A stretch of 64,000 bases of DNA from Chlorobiota bacterium (GTDB taxonomy: Bacteria; Bacteroidota; Bacteroidia; Flavobacteriales; Flavobacteriaceae): the NCBI GenBank assembly GCA_013153605.1, contig JAADED010000038.1, forward strand, positions 7,968-71,967. The letters are read 5' to 3'. Every line of letters starts with the position of its first letter. Positions within the stretch are counted from its first letter, which is position 1. This document shows positions 29,708-39,737 of the stretch, piece after piece. The translations under genes were made by a program, and so were the position numbers. The notes below the pieces were generated by a model that had not been told where the DNA came from, ran no database searches, and saw nothing but the letters and a program-made list of their open reading frames with translations.

Positions 29708-31042
29708 ATGAAGAAGATTTGGGATACCCTCCGGGCCGTTTGGCAAATCAAAGAATTACGCACCAAGATTCTGTTTACCTTAAGCTTGATTTTGGTTTAC
29801 CGATTCGGTGCGCAGGTAACCTTGCCGGGCATCGACCCTACCCAGCTCCAAAATCTGGCCCAACAGGCCACGGGCAACCCCTTGTTGGACTTGCTCAACC
29901 AATTTACGGGGGGCGCCTTCGCCAAAGCGTCGGTTTTCGCCCTGGGTGTGATGCCTTACATTTCGGCTTCCATTATCGTGCAATTGATGGGTGTGGCGGT
30001 GCCTTACATCCAGAAGCTCCAAAAATCGGGGGAAAGCGGGCGAAAAAAAATCACCCAGCTTACCCGATATCTCACCCTGGCCGTCACCCTCATCCAGGGG
30101 CCCGGCTACCTGTATAACCTGCACACCATCTTGCCGCGCGAAGCCTTTTTGTTGCCCGACAGCCTGTTTATTCCCACGGCCATGATCATTCTCTCGACAG
30201 GCACGATTTTTGCCATGTGGTTGGGGGAAAAGATCACGGACAAGGGCATAGGCAACGGTATCTCCATCTTGATCATGATCGGTATTTTGGCCCGCTTGCC
30301 GCAGGCCTTGTTCCAGGAATTTACCGCCCGGGTGACCAACCAGCAGGGCGGATTGATGTTGTTCCTCTTTGAAATGGTGGTATGGCTGGGCGTGATTGCC
30401 ATCAGCATTTATTTGGTGCGAGCCTATCGGCCCGTGCCCGTGCAATATGCGCGACGCAATTATACGGGCGGATACGAAAAGAACATTTTCGGCAGTCGCC
30501 AGTACATACCTTTGAAGTTGAACGCCGCCGGCGTGATGCCCATCATCTTCGCCCAGGCCATCATGTTCATTCCCTCATTGTTGGTCTCGTTTTCCGATGC
30601 GGAATGGGCCAAGAAGATCCAAAACATTTTCGGGAACATATTCGACCCGTGGTATAATGTGGTGTTCTTTATCATGATTGTGGTCTTTACATATTTCTAT
30701 ACCGCCATCACGGTCCAAACCAACCAGATCGCCGAAGATCTCAAGCGAAGCGGCGGCTTTATCCCCGGCATACGTCCCGGCACGCAAACGGCCGAATATT
30801 TGGACGAAATCCTTTCGAAAATCACCTTGCCGGGCGCCATTTTCCTGGGCTTGATCGCCATCTTGCCCATTTTCGTGTACCACCTCTTCGGCATGCAACA
30901 ATCGTGGGCCATGTTTTACGGCGGTACGTCCCTGTTGATTATCGTGGGTGTGGCCATGGATACCATCCAACAAATCGAGGCCTACCTGCTCAACAGGCAT
31001 TATGACGAGCTCTTGCGCACCGGAAGACGGCGAAACATTTGA
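29708..31042 (+). CDS. secY: Preprotein translocase subunit SecY
   Basis: 444-aa protein with about 10 TM helices. Contains [29 protein letters not shown] and [10 protein letters not shown]. Confidence 0.97.
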   Translation: MKKIWDTLRAVWQIKELRTKILFTLSLILVYRFGAQVTLPGIDPTQLQNLAQQATGNPLLDLLNQFTGGAFAKASVFALGVMPYISASIIVQLMGVAVPYIQKLQKSGESGRKKITQLTRYLTLAVTLIQGPGYLYNLHTILPREAFLLPDSLFIPTAMIILSTGTIFAMWLGEKITDKGIGNGISILIMIGILARLPQALFQEFTARVTNQQGGLMLFLFEMVVWLGVIAISIYLVRAYRPVPVQYARRNYTGGYEKNIFGSRQYIPLKLNAAGVMPIIFAQAIMFIPSLLVSFSDAEWAKKIQNIFGNIFDPWYNVVFFIMIVVFTYFYTAITVQTNQIAEDLKRSGGFIPGIRPGTQTAEYLDEILSKITLPGAIFLGLIAILPIFVYHLFGMQQSWAMFYGGTSLLIIVGVAMDTIQQIEAYLLNRHYDELLRTGRRRNI

Positions 31043-31044
31043 TT

Positions 31045-31260
31045 ATGGCAAAACAAAAAGCAATAAAAGTCGACGGCGTCATCAAGGAAGCCCTGTCCAA
31101 CGCCATGTTTCGCGTGGAGTTGGAAAACGGACATATTGTCACCGCCCATATTTCGGGAAAAATGCGGATGCACTATATCCGCCTGTTGCCCGGCGATCGC
31201 GTGGCGGTGGAATTGAGCCCCTACGATTTGACACGGGGAAGAATCACCTACAGATATTGA
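31045..31260 (+). CDS. infA: Translation initiation factor IF-1
   Basis: [13 protein letters not shown]...[10 protein letters not shown]...GKMR...[23 protein letters not shown]. Confidence 0.96.
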   Translation: MAKQKAIKVDGVIKEALSNAMFRVELENGHIVTAHISGKMRMHYIRLLPGDRVAVELSPYDLTRGRITYRY

Positions 31261-31282
31261 AAAATTAAAACGAGCAATAAAA

Positions 31283-31399
31283 ATGAAAGTACGAGCATCG
31301 ATCAAAAAGCGAAGTCCCGAGGACAAAATCGTGCGCCGCAAAGGGCGGTTGTATGTGATCAACAAGAAAAATCCGAAACATAAACAAAGACAAGGATAA
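31283..31399 (+). CDS. rpmJ: 50S ribosomal protein L36 (Cys-less form)
   Basis: 38-aa ORF below the track cutoff: [38 protein letters not shown]. It contains no cysteines. Confidence 0.93.
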   Translation: MKVRASIKKRSPEDKIVRRKGRLYVINKKNPKHKQRQG

Positions 31400-31401
31400 T
31401 T

Positions 31402-31779
31402 ATGGCACGGATAGCAGGAGTTGACTTGCCCAAAAACAAACGCGGCGAAATCGCGCTGACTTACATATTCGGCGTGGGCCGCAGCCGGTCGAAAGAAATT
31501 TTGGCCAAGGCCGGCGTGGATCCCGACAAGCGCGTCAAAGATTGGGACGACCATGACGTGGCATCCATCCGCAAAGTGATTGCGGATTACAAACTGGAAG
31601 GTGCCCTCAGGTCCGAAATTCAGATGAACATCAAACGGTTGATGGATATCGGTTCGTATCGCGGTATCCGCCACCGTTTGGGATTGCCCGTGCGGGGTCA
31701 GAAAACCAAAAACAACGCCCGCACGCGTAAGGGTAAACGTAAAACCGTTGCGAACAAGAAGAAAGCAACCAAGAAATAA
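31402..31779 (+). CDS. rpsM: 30S ribosomal protein S13
   Basis: [10 protein letters not shown]...[20 protein letters not shown]. Confidence 0.97.
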   Translation: MARIAGVDLPKNKRGEIALTYIFGVGRSRSKEILAKAGVDPDKRVKDWDDHDVASIRKVIADYKLEGALRSEIQMNIKRLMDIGSYRGIRHRLGLPVRGQKTKNNARTRKGKRKTVANKKKATKK

Positions 31780-31801
31780 GAGCGTATTAATTTGAACCGT
31801 T

Positions 31802-32185
31802 ATGGCAAAATCGAGAACCAAAAAGCGTAAGGTCAAAGTGGACCCGGTGGGAGAAGCCCACATTCAGGCCACTTTCAACAATATTATCATCTCGTTGACC
31901 AATACCAAGGGCGAAGTGATCGCCTGGTCGTCGGCCGGTAAGATGGGCTTCAAGGGGTCGAAGAAGAACACCCCTTATGCGGCTCAGGTGGCGGCCGAAG
32001 ATGCGGCCAAGGCGGCCTACGAAGCCGGATTGCGCCGGGTGCGGGTATTCGTCAAAGGCCCCGGCAACGGACGGGAAGCGGCTATCCGTACCATCCATAA
32101 CAACGGGATCGAGGTCATCGAAATCATCGACGTGACGCCCATCCCTCACAACGGATGCCGTCCGCCCAAACGACGACGTGTGTAA
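31802..32185 (+). CDS. rpsK: 30S ribosomal protein S11
   Basis: [11 protein letters not shown]...[15 protein letters not shown]. Confidence 0.97.
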   Translation: MAKSRTKKRKVKVDPVGEAHIQATFNNIIISLTNTKGEVIAWSSAGKMGFKGSKKNTPYAAQVAAEDAAKAAYEAGLRRVRVFVKGPGNGREAAIRTIHNNGIEVIEIIDVTPIPHNGCRPPKRRRV

Positions 32186-32203
32186 CAGGAAAACCGCATT
32201 GAT

Positions 32204-32809
32204 ATGGCAAGATACAGAGGACCCAAAACCAAAATAGCGCGACGCTTCGGCGACCCGATTTTCGGGCCCGACAAATATTTCGAACGGCGCAAATACCCTC
32301 CCGGCCAGCACGGATTGATGCGCAAGCGACGCAAAAAATCGCAATACGCCATCCAGCTGGACGCCAAAATGAAAGCCAAACATATTTACGGCGTGTTGGA
32401 ACGCCAATTTAAAAACACCTTTAAAAAAGCGGCTCAGGCCGGGGGTAACACGGGCGAAGTGTTGTTGCAATTGCTCGAATCGCGATTGGACAACGTGGTC
32501 TATCGCCTCGGCATAGCGCCCACCCGCCGGGCGGCCCGCCAATTGGTGTCGCACAAACATATCACCGTAAACGGACGCGTGGTCAACATTCCTTCCTACA
32601 CCCTCCGTCCGGGCGACAAAGTGGGCGTGCGCACCAAGTCCAAAAGCCTGGAAGTGATCCAGGAATCGCTGGCCAACCGCACCAATCAATACGATTGGCT
32701 GACGTGGGACGACGAAAAGATGGAAGGCACCTTCGTGACCGTGCCCACGCGCGAACAAATTCCCGAAAACATCGAGGAACACCTCATCGTGGAATTGTAC
32801 TCCAAGTAA
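32204..32809 (+). CDS. rpsD: 30S ribosomal protein S4
   Basis: [16 protein letters not shown]...[19 protein letters not shown]. Confidence 0.97.
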   Translation: MARYRGPKTKIARRFGDPIFGPDKYFERRKYPPGQHGLMRKRRKKSQYAIQLDAKMKAKHIYGVLERQFKNTFKKAAQAGGNTGEVLLQLLESRLDNVVYRLGIAPTRRAARQLVSHKHITVNGRVVNIPSYTLRPGDKVGVRTKSKSLEVIQESLANRTNQYDWLTWDDEKMEGTFVTVPTREQIPENIEEHLIVELYSK

Positions 32810-32818
32810 TAACTAAAA

Positions 32819-33826
32819 ATGAATTCATTGGAAATGACCGGATTAAAACTGGACTTTCAAATACCCAAGGAAGTAACCGAGCTGGAAGCCAAGGGCAATA
32901 CCGCGCGGTTCGAGTTCAAACCCCTCGAGCCGGGCTTCGGCCTCACCATCGGCAACGCATTGCGCCGGGTGTTGTTGTCGGCCCTTGAAGGATACGCCAT
33001 CACGTCGGTGCGCTTTCAAGGCGTGGACCACGAATTCAGCACCATCGACGGCGTGGTGGAAGACGTTACCAGCATCGTGTTGAACCTCAAACAAATTCGA
33101 TTTAAAGCCAAATCGGACGACGTGGAAAGCGAAAAAGTGCACGCCACCTTGCAAGGCAAGGAAGTATATACGGCGGGCGATTTGCAACCTTTTATCCGCA
33201 ATTTCGAAATCCTCAATCCCGATTTGGTATTGATGACCACCGACGGCAAGGTGAAAATCGACATGGTGTTTGAAATCAACAAGGGCCGGGGTTATGTGAC
33301 GGCCGAAGAGACCAAAAAGCCCGACATGCCTTTCGGGACCATCTTTATGGACGCCATCTTCTCGCCCATCAAACATGTGAATTATTCGATCGAAAACTAC
33401 CGCGTGGGTCAAAAAACCGACTATGAACGCCTCATCATCGAGGTAACCACCGACGGTTCCATCACCCCGCGCAAGGCATTGGCCGAATCGGCCAAAATTT
33501 TGATCAAGCATTTCATCCTGTTCTCCGACGAAAAGCTGATGATTCCCAGCGATGCGGGCGAGGAAGAAGGCGAATTGGACGAACAAGCCATGCAAATGCG
33601 TGCCCTCCTCAAAACCAAAATCGAGGATTTGGGCATAGGATCGCGATCGCTCAACTGCCTCAAGGCGGCCGAAGTGAACACCTTGGGAGATTTGGTCCAG
33701 TACACCAAAAACGATTTGCTGAAGCTCCGCAACTTCGGCAAAAAGTCGCTCGAAGAGCTGGAGAAAATAGTCGAAGAAAAAGGATTGAGCTTCGGCATGG
33801 ATTTGTCCAAATACAAACTCGACTAA
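32819..33826 (+). CDS. rpoA: DNA-directed RNA polymerase subunit alpha
   Basis: [16 protein letters not shown] in the N-terminal domain. The C-terminal domain contains [22 protein letters not shown]...[10 protein letters not shown]. Confidence 0.97.
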   Translation: MNSLEMTGLKLDFQIPKEVTELEAKGNTARFEFKPLEPGFGLTIGNALRRVLLSALEGYAITSVRFQGVDHEFSTIDGVVEDVTSIVLNLKQIRFKAKSDDVESEKVHATLQGKEVYTAGDLQPFIRNFEILNPDLVLMTTDGKVKIDMVFEINKGRGYVTAEETKKPDMPFGTIFMDAIFSPIKHVNYSIENYRVGQKTDYERLIIEVTTDGSITPRKALAESAKILIKHFILFSDEKLMIPSDAGEEEGELDEQAMQMRALLKTKIEDLGIGSRSLNCLKAAEVNTLGDLVQYTKNDLLKLRNFGKKSLEELEKIVEEKGLSFGMDLSKYKLD

Positions 33827-33845
33827 TCGCATAAGCCAGAAAGTT

Positions 33846-34331
33846 ATGAGACACCGGAAAAAATTCAACCACCTGGGACGCAAGGCGGAACACCGCAAAG
33901 CGCTGTTGCGCAACCTGTCGGCGGCCCTGATCGAACATAAACGTATTCACACCACCTTGGCCAAAGCCAAAGCGTTGCGCATGTTTTTGGAGCCGCTGAT
34001 CACCCGCAGTAAGGAGGATACCATGCACAACCGCCGCATGGTGTTCCGCAAGTTGCAAAACAAATATGCCGTGACGGAATTGTTCCGAAACATCGCCGAC
34101 AAAATAGGCGACCGTCCGGGGGGTTACCTGCGCATCATCAAATTGGGCACCCGCCAAGGGGATAATGCCGAAATGGCCTTGATCGAATTCGTGGATTACA
34201 ACACCACCTACACCAAAGACGAAAAGGCCAAGAAAACCCGCCGACGCCGACGTCGCAAAAAAGCAGGAACGCCCGCCGAGGACCAAGCGCCTCAAACCGG
34301 CGACCAAAATACCGAAGAAGCGGCCGAATAA
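33846..34331 (+). CDS. rplQ: 50S ribosomal protein L17 (with a charged C-terminal extension)
   Basis: [24 protein letters not shown]...GGY.RI.KLG.R.GD. Confidence 0.96.
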   Translation: MRHRKKFNHLGRKAEHRKALLRNLSAALIEHKRIHTTLAKAKALRMFLEPLITRSKEDTMHNRRMVFRKLQNKYAVTELFRNIADKIGDRPGGYLRIIKLGTRQGDNAEMALIEFVDYNTTYTKDEKAKKTRRRRRRKKAGTPAEDQAPQTGDQNTEEAAE

Positions 34332-34354
34332 GGCGGACGCCTTTCAAAAAAACG

Positions 34355-34388
34355 AATCCGAATCCTGTCCCGGGATTCGGATTTTTTT
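34355..34388 (+). terminator. Rho-independent terminator ending the ribosomal superoperon
   Basis: Perfect 11-bp stem AATCCGAATCC/GGATTCGGATT, 7-nt loop, then a T7 run. Confidence 0.85.
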
Positions 34389-34488
34389 ATTTGGAACGGA
34401 GGGATGCCTGCCATTTTTGCACCGTACCCTGTCTTTTTGGAACCAGTGAGCAAAAAATAACGCGCGGGGTTTGGTTTTTGCGGAAAAA

Positions 34489-35097
34489 ATGCCGAACTTT
34501 TATGAAAAATTTATACCCATGACCGATCTGGAAAAAGCCATGCTCGAAATCGCCAAATTGGCCATCGAGGAAGAATTCGTGGGGCGCCCCCTGATCGACA
34601 AGGAGTATTACATCAGCCGTTTTCCCGAACTGGCCCGTCCGGGTGCGGTGTTCGTAACCCTTAACAAGGTGCGCGGCGGCGAGGAAATCTTGCGCGGATG
34701 TATCGGATCCATTCTTCCCACTCGCCCTTTGATCGACGACATTATCTACAACGCCAAGGCGGCCGCATTCTCCGACCCGCGGTTTCCTCCGTTGCAACCC
34801 CATGAACTCGACAACCTCGAAATCGAAATTTCCATCCTTTCCATTCCTGTGAAAGTGGAATATACCGACAAGGAAGATTTGCGACGCAAGATCATCCCCG
34901 GCAAACACGGAGTGATCCTCAAGCTCGACGGCCGTCAGGCCACCTTCCTGCCCCAAGTATGGGAGAAATTGCCCGACTTCGACATGTTCTTCGAACATTT
35001 GTGTCAGAAAGCGGGCTTGCCCGGTAATTGTTTGGATTACCATCCCGAAATCTACGTTTATACAGTTAAGGAAATCAAGGGATTATGGAAGGAGTAA
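34489..35097 (+). CDS. AmmeMemoRadiSam system protein A (AMMECR1 domain)
   Basis: AMMECR1 core motif LRGCIGS, plus DPRFPPL and G.HG(V)I. It overlaps the radical SAM gene. The start is ambiguous (34489 or 34519). Confidence 0.8.
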   Translation: MPNFYEKFIPMTDLEKAMLEIAKLAIEEEFVGRPLIDKEYYISRFPELARPGAVFVTLNKVRGGEEILRGCIGSILPTRPLIDDIIYNAKAAAFSDPRFPPLQPHELDNLEIEISILSIPVKVEYTDKEDLRRKIIPGKHGVILKLDGRQATFLPQVWEKLPDFDMFFEHLCQKAGLPGNCLDYHPEIYVYTVKEIKGLWKE

Positions 35098-36104
35098 ACA
35101 CCCACGTCAAAGTGGTGCCCGAAAAGTTTTGGGAAAAAAAGGGCAACCGCATCGTATGCAAATTATGCAGCCATTATTGCCACCTCAAAGAAGGTCAAGT
35201 GGGGGTATGCGGGGTCAACAAAAACGAGGGAGGCAAGCTGGTGAATCTGGTGTACGGCAAGATTGCGGCCCTTCATCTCGACCCCATCGAAAAGAAACCC
35301 CTCTACCACTTCCTTCCCGGCACCACGGCTTTGTCCATCGGCACGGTGGGTTGCAACATGCAATGCGCCTTTTGTCAAAACTGGCAAATCTCCCAAATCC
35401 GCAAGGTGGAACAGCAGGATTATGTGGCACCCGAAGAGTTGGTGCAATTGGCGGTCAAATACAAGGCCAAAAGCATCGCTTATACTTATAACGAACCCAC
35501 CATTTTTTACCCCTATGCCCGCGACGTGGCCCTGGCCTCCAAGAAATACGACATTCGCAACGTGTTTGTGACCAACGGAATCGAAAGCAAGGAAGTGGTG
35601 GAAGACATGAAGGGCATCATCGACGCGGCCAACGTGGACTTTAAAGCCTACGACGAAAAATATTATCGCCGCGAACTGAAAGCGCCCTTTACGGTGCGGG
35701 AAACCATCGTGGGGATGAAAAAGAACGGGCTGTGGGTGGAAGTAACCACCCTCATCATCCCCGGCATCAACGACGATCCCGAACATTTGAAAAAAATCGC
35801 CGATTTTATCGCCAACAAAGCGGGAACGGAAACGCCGTGGCACCTCAGCGCTTTCCATCCAGATTACAAAATGCTGGACAAACCGCGCACGCCCCTCACC
35901 ACTTTGGAACAGGCATACGAAATCGGGCGAAAGGCGGGATTGAAATTTATTTACATAGGTAACGTGGGTGTCAAAAACACCACGTATTGTCCCAATTGCA
36001 ACGCCGCCCTCATCGAGCGGATCGGCTACGTGATTCTGGCCTACCGGCTGGTGGACGGAAAATGTTATAACTGTCATACCGAAATTCCGGGCGTATGGAA
36101 ATGA
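35085..36104 (+). CDS. AmmeMemoRadiSam system radical SAM enzyme
   Basis: CxxxCxxC radical SAM motif (GCNMQCAFCQNW). N-terminal Cys cluster CKLCSHYC...VCGV. C-terminal YCPNC...CYNC ribbon. Overlaps both neighbours. Confidence 0.85.
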   Translation: MEGVNTHVKVVPEKFWEKKGNRIVCKLCSHYCHLKEGQVGVCGVNKNEGGKLVNLVYGKIAALHLDPIEKKPLYHFLPGTTALSIGTVGCNMQCAFCQNWQISQIRKVEQQDYVAPEELVQLAVKYKAKSIAYTYNEPTIFYPYARDVALASKKYDIRNVFVTNGIESKEVVEDMKGIIDAANVDFKAYDEKYYRRELKAPFTVRETIVGMKKNGLWVEVTTLIIPGINDDPEHLKKIADFIANKAGTETPWHLSAFHPDYKMLDKPRTPLTTLEQAYEIGRKAGLKFIYIGNVGVKNTTYCPNCNAALIERIGYVILAYRLVDGKCYNCHTEIPGVWK

Positions 36105-36895
36105 TCAGACGAGCAGGCAACCGTGGCAAATTTTATCCTTCCGACGGTGCCGTAATAGAAAAAATGATACTTCAGTGGAATGCCATTCTCGACGAGCATG
36201 GCATGACGTTTCCGGGCATAGTGCCCGAGGCGACTGTGTGCCCCCATGCGGGCTATGTGTACAGCGGATTTACGGCCAACACGGCTCACCGGCTTATTCC
36301 CCGCAAGGAACCCTTGCACGTTTTGGTGGTGGGGCCTTCCCATCACGTGTATATCGACGGCATGAGCCTGGGCGTGTTCGACGGATACGAAACGCCTTTC
36401 GGCACGTTGGCCGGCGATCCCGAAGCGGTGAAATTTCTCCGTCAGGTATATCCGTTTACTTTTGCTCCTCAAGCTCACTTTTTGGAACACAGCACGGAAA
36501 CCCAATTTCCGTTTTTGAAGTACTACAATCCCGACGTCAAGGTTACCGAAGTGATTTACGGCACGGCCGGTCCGGGCGAGGTGGCCAAAGTGATTGCGGC
36601 CTTCAAGCAATTGCCGAGAAGCGTGGTGGTGGTATCCACCGACCTCAGCCACTATTATCCCCAAGAAGAGGCCAACAAGCTGGACGCCATTTGTATTGAA
36701 GCGGTCAAGACGTTGGATGTGTCCTTGCTCGACCGGGGATGCGAGGCATGCGGCAAAACGGGATTGGCGGCCGTTATTCAAACCGCCGCATTGGCCGGTT
36801 GGAAAAGCGAAGTGCTCGACTACCGGACCAGCGGCGACGTAACCGGCGATTATTCGGCCGTGGTGGGATATATGAGCGCAGCTTTCTACGAATAA
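36095..36895 (+). CDS. AmmeMemoRadiSam system protein B (MEMO1 family)
   Basis: Memo-type motifs PHAGYVYSG, GPSHH, LEHS.E, STDLSHY and ACG. Confidence 0.8.
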   Translation: MEMIRRAGNRGKFYPSDGAVIEKMILQWNAILDEHGMTFPGIVPEATVCPHAGYVYSGFTANTAHRLIPRKEPLHVLVVGPSHHVYIDGMSLGVFDGYETPFGTLAGDPEAVKFLRQVYPFTFAPQAHFLEHSTETQFPFLKYYNPDVKVTEVIYGTAGPGEVAKVIAAFKQLPRSVVVVSTDLSHYYPQEEANKLDAICIEAVKTLDVSLLDRGCEACGKTGLAAVIQTAALAGWKSEVLDYRTSGDVTGDYSAVVGYMSAAFYE

Positions 36896-36919
36896 GATTT
36901 TTAAATCCTCTTTCGCATA

Positions 36920-36944
36920 CCGCCCCCGCCGGGGCGGTTTTTTT
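36920..36944 (+). terminator. Rho-independent terminator
   Basis: 7-bp GC stem CCGCCCC/GGGGCGG, 4-nt loop, then a T7 run. Confidence 0.85.
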
Positions 36945-36974
36945 ATGCGGGCGGCCCGTTCCGCCTTTTCTTAT

Positions 36975-36982
36975 TAAATTTG
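36975..36982 (+). promoter_or_regulatory. TAnnTTTG -7 promoter box
   Basis: TAAATTTG, 21 nt upstream of the ATG at 37004. Confidence 0.5.
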
Positions 36983-37003
36983 TGAAAACCAAAATTGCGC
37001 TCC

Positions 37004-38929
37004 ATGAAAAAAGTGCTGCGGATCTTTTTGTTCGCTCTTGCGCTCTTGCCCCTTCGGGCTCAACAGGATTCCGTCCTCATGTACATAGGCGACGAGCCCG
37101 TTACCGTGGCGGAATTCGAACGCATGTACACCAAAAACCTCGACTTGGTGCAAGATCCCCGACAAAAAGACATCGATTATTATAAAGACCTTTATATACG
37201 TTATCGCCTCCAATTGGCGGATGCCAAGGCCAAAGGCTACGACAAAGATCCGGGATTTTTGGCCGAATTCAACCGCTACCGGCGCGAATTGGCGCGTCAG
37301 TACCTCATCTTGCCGGGGGTAACCGATTCGTTGGTGCGCGAAGCATATGATCGCATGCAAAAGGACGTGAACGTCTCCCATATCATGGTGGCCCTTCCGC
37401 CCAATCCTACTCCGGCCGACACCCTTAAGGCCCGCAAGGAAATCTACCGCATTTACCAGCGTGCACGCAAAGGCGAAGATTTCGGCGAATTGGCCCGCCG
37501 CTACAGCGACGACCGCGCAACGGCCGCCCGGGGCGGAAACGTGGGGTGGTTTACCGTCTTCCAGACCGTATATCCGTTCGAATCGGCGGCTTACCGCACC
37601 CCGGTGGGACAAATATCGGAACCTTTCCGCACCAAATACGGCTATCACATCATCAAAAAAGAGGGAGAACGGCCGGCGGTGTACAAAGTGCAAGCCGCCC
37701 ACATTATGGTGCTCAAAAAAGGCGATCCCGAAGCGGCCCGTCAAAAAATCCAAGATATTTATCGCCGGGTCAAAGAAGGGGAGGAGAGCTTCGAAGAATT
37801 GGCCCGTCGCTACAGCGAAGACATGCGTACCGCCCGCCAAGGGGGAATTATGCCGCCGTTCGGCGTAAGGGAAAAGGTGCCGGAATTCGAAGAAGCCGTT
37901 TTTGCCCTCGAAAATCCCGGAGATATCACGCCCCCGTTTGAAACGGAGAAAGCATGGCATATTGCCAAGTTGATCAAAAAATATCCGGTGCCTCCCTTCG
38001 AAGACATACGCAAAGAGCTGGAAGTACGCGTGGCCAAAAGCGACCGCGGCGAATTGGGGCGCCAAAAACTTATCGAAAAATTGCGGAACGACATTCCCGT
38101 GGAAGTCAAAGGCTCGTTGGCCCCGGTGTACCGGGTGGTAGGCAAAAGCTTTTTCGAAGGGCAATGGGAATTTCCCAAAAACTTCACCCGATCAGACGAA
38201 GTGGTGGCCGTGATCAACGGAGAGTATCCGCTTACATACGGCGATTTTCTGGCCTATCTCTACCGCCACCAACTTCGCGAGCCCGCGGCTTACAAACGCA
38301 AAAAAGCGGTGATCGACGAATTGTTCCGCCGGTTTTTGGACGAAGAATTATATCGCTATTACGAACGAAACCTGGAAAAATTCCATCCCCGCTTCGCGCA
38401 AACCGTCAAGGAATATTACGACGGCCTCCTGCTGTTCAACTACAAAAGCCGCGAAATTTGGGAAAAAGCCTTGCGCGACACCACCGGATTGCGCGAATTC
38501 TACGAGCAACATAAAGACCGCTACCGCATGCCGGAACAAGCCCGCTACATTTACATCGAAACCGAGGACAAAAAGCTGGCTCGCAAATTGTATAAAATGC
38601 TGAAGAAAGGCGCTTCGTTGGAAGAAATCATGCAAACGGCGGGCAACAAAGCCGACGTGGAGGTCAAGGTGATGATTCCCGTATTGGCCCGTCAGGCCAC
38701 GGGCGGCAAAAAAGCGCTCCGCTTCCTCAAGGGCGACAAATGGGTGGTGAAGGGGATCGTGGACATCATTCCCGAGCGCATTCCGCCTTTCGAAGAGGTC
38801 AAAGGCAAGGTCATGAGCGATTATCAACAATATCTCGAGCAACAACTCGTTCGGGAACTCGAACGCAAATATCCGGTCCGAATCAATGAAGAAGCCTGGC
38901 AACGCTTGCGGGCCAAGTATAAGAATTAG
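37004..38929 (+). CDS. Periplasmic peptidyl-prolyl cis-trans isomerase with two parvulin domains (SurA/PpiD-like)
   Basis: Signal peptide present. Contains two parvulin blocks (VSHIMV...GGNVGWF...GYHIIK and AAHIMV...GGIMPPF...AWHIAK). Confidence 0.8.
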   Translation: MKKVLRIFLFALALLPLRAQQDSVLMYIGDEPVTVAEFERMYTKNLDLVQDPRQKDIDYYKDLYIRYRLQLADAKAKGYDKDPGFLAEFNRYRRELARQYLILPGVTDSLVREAYDRMQKDVNVSHIMVALPPNPTPADTLKARKEIYRIYQRARKGEDFGELARRYSDDRATAARGGNVGWFTVFQTVYPFESAAYRTPVGQISEPFRTKYGYHIIKKEGERPAVYKVQAAHIMVLKKGDPEAARQKIQDIYRRVKEGEESFEELARRYSEDMRTARQGGIMPPFGVREKVPEFEEAVFALENPGDITPPFETEKAWHIAKLIKKYPVPPFEDIRKELEVRVAKSDRGELGRQKLIEKLRNDIPVEVKGSLAPVYRVVGKSFFEGQWEFPKNFTRSDEVVAVINGEYPLTYGDFLAYLYRHQLREPAAYKRKKAVIDELFRRFLDEELYRYYERNLEKFHPRFAQTVKEYYDGLLLFNYKSREIWEKALRDTTGLREFYEQHKDRYRMPEQARYIYIETEDKKLARKLYKMLKKGASLEEIMQTAGNKADVEVKVMIPVLARQATGGKKALRFLKGDKWVVKGIVDIIPERIPPFEEVKGKVMSDYQQYLEQQLVRELERKYPVRINEEAWQRLRAKYKN

Positions 38930-39737
38930 CCTCCGGTGGCTGTGGCCGCTGTGGGTGCTTGCCGCATGCCGGCCGGCCGGGGAAGGGGAGCGCCCCCTGG
39001 TCGAAGTGTACGGCGAAAAGCTGTATCCCTCCGATATTCCCGCCGCCGTGTATCGCGAGGGCGACAGTGCCGCCGCCGTGCGCCGATTTACGGACGAATG
39101 GATCCGGCGCCGCGTGTTTCTCTACCATGCCCGCCGCAACGTGGATACCGCCTATGTCAACCGTCTGGTGGAAGCATACCGCAACGATTTGTTACGTGAG
39201 TTGTATGAAAATAAGCTCAAACATAAATTGCGCGACCAAATCCGGGTGGAAGAAGCCGACTTGGAAGCCTATTACCGCCGACACCGCAAAAATTTTGTCG
39301 CCGAGGATACGTTGGTGCAATGGCGCTTCCTGATTTTGGACGCCGCCGACCGGGACAAACGCAAAATCCGCCGTATGTTTTTCTCGTCTCGCCCCTCCGA
39401 CCGGGATACGTTGGAAAGCTATTTTTCCCGCTTTTTGGCCTTTAAACTCGATACCGCCGGGTGGATTCGTTGGCGGGAGGCGGTGAAGGTGGTTCCGCCT
39501 TTGGAAGCGCGCGGTCCCCGTACGGGCACATTCACGTTTTCTCAAAAAAACCGCCTATATTTGGTGGACGTTCGACGTATCGTGCGGCCGGGACAAATCG
39601 AGCCCTACGAACATATCAAAAGCCGCTTGAAAAAGTTCGTGGTGGAACAGAAATTGCAAGAAGAAGTCCGGCGGTTGCACCGCGAAATGATGGAAGACGC
39701 CTATAAAAAACAAAAAATAAAACGATATCAACCATGA
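38886..39737 (+). CDS. Hypothetical lipoprotein in the PPIase operon (SurA N-terminal chaperone-like?)
   Basis: Lipobox-like WVLAAC. No parvulin motif. Overlaps the upstream gene by 44 nt and the downstream gene by 4 nt. Confidence 0.55.
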   Translation: MKKPGNACGPSIRISLRWLWPLWVLAACRPAGEGERPLVEVYGEKLYPSDIPAAVYREGDSAAAVRRFTDEWIRRRVFLYHARRNVDTAYVNRLVEAYRNDLLRELYENKLKHKLRDQIRVEEADLEAYYRRHRKNFVAEDTLVQWRFLILDAADRDKRKIRRMFFSSRPSDRDTLESYFSRFLAFKLDTAGWIRWREAVKVVPPLEARGPRTGTFTFSQKNRLYLVDVRRIVRPGQIEPYEHIKSRLKKFVVEQKLQEEVRRLHREMMEDAYKKQKIKRYQP

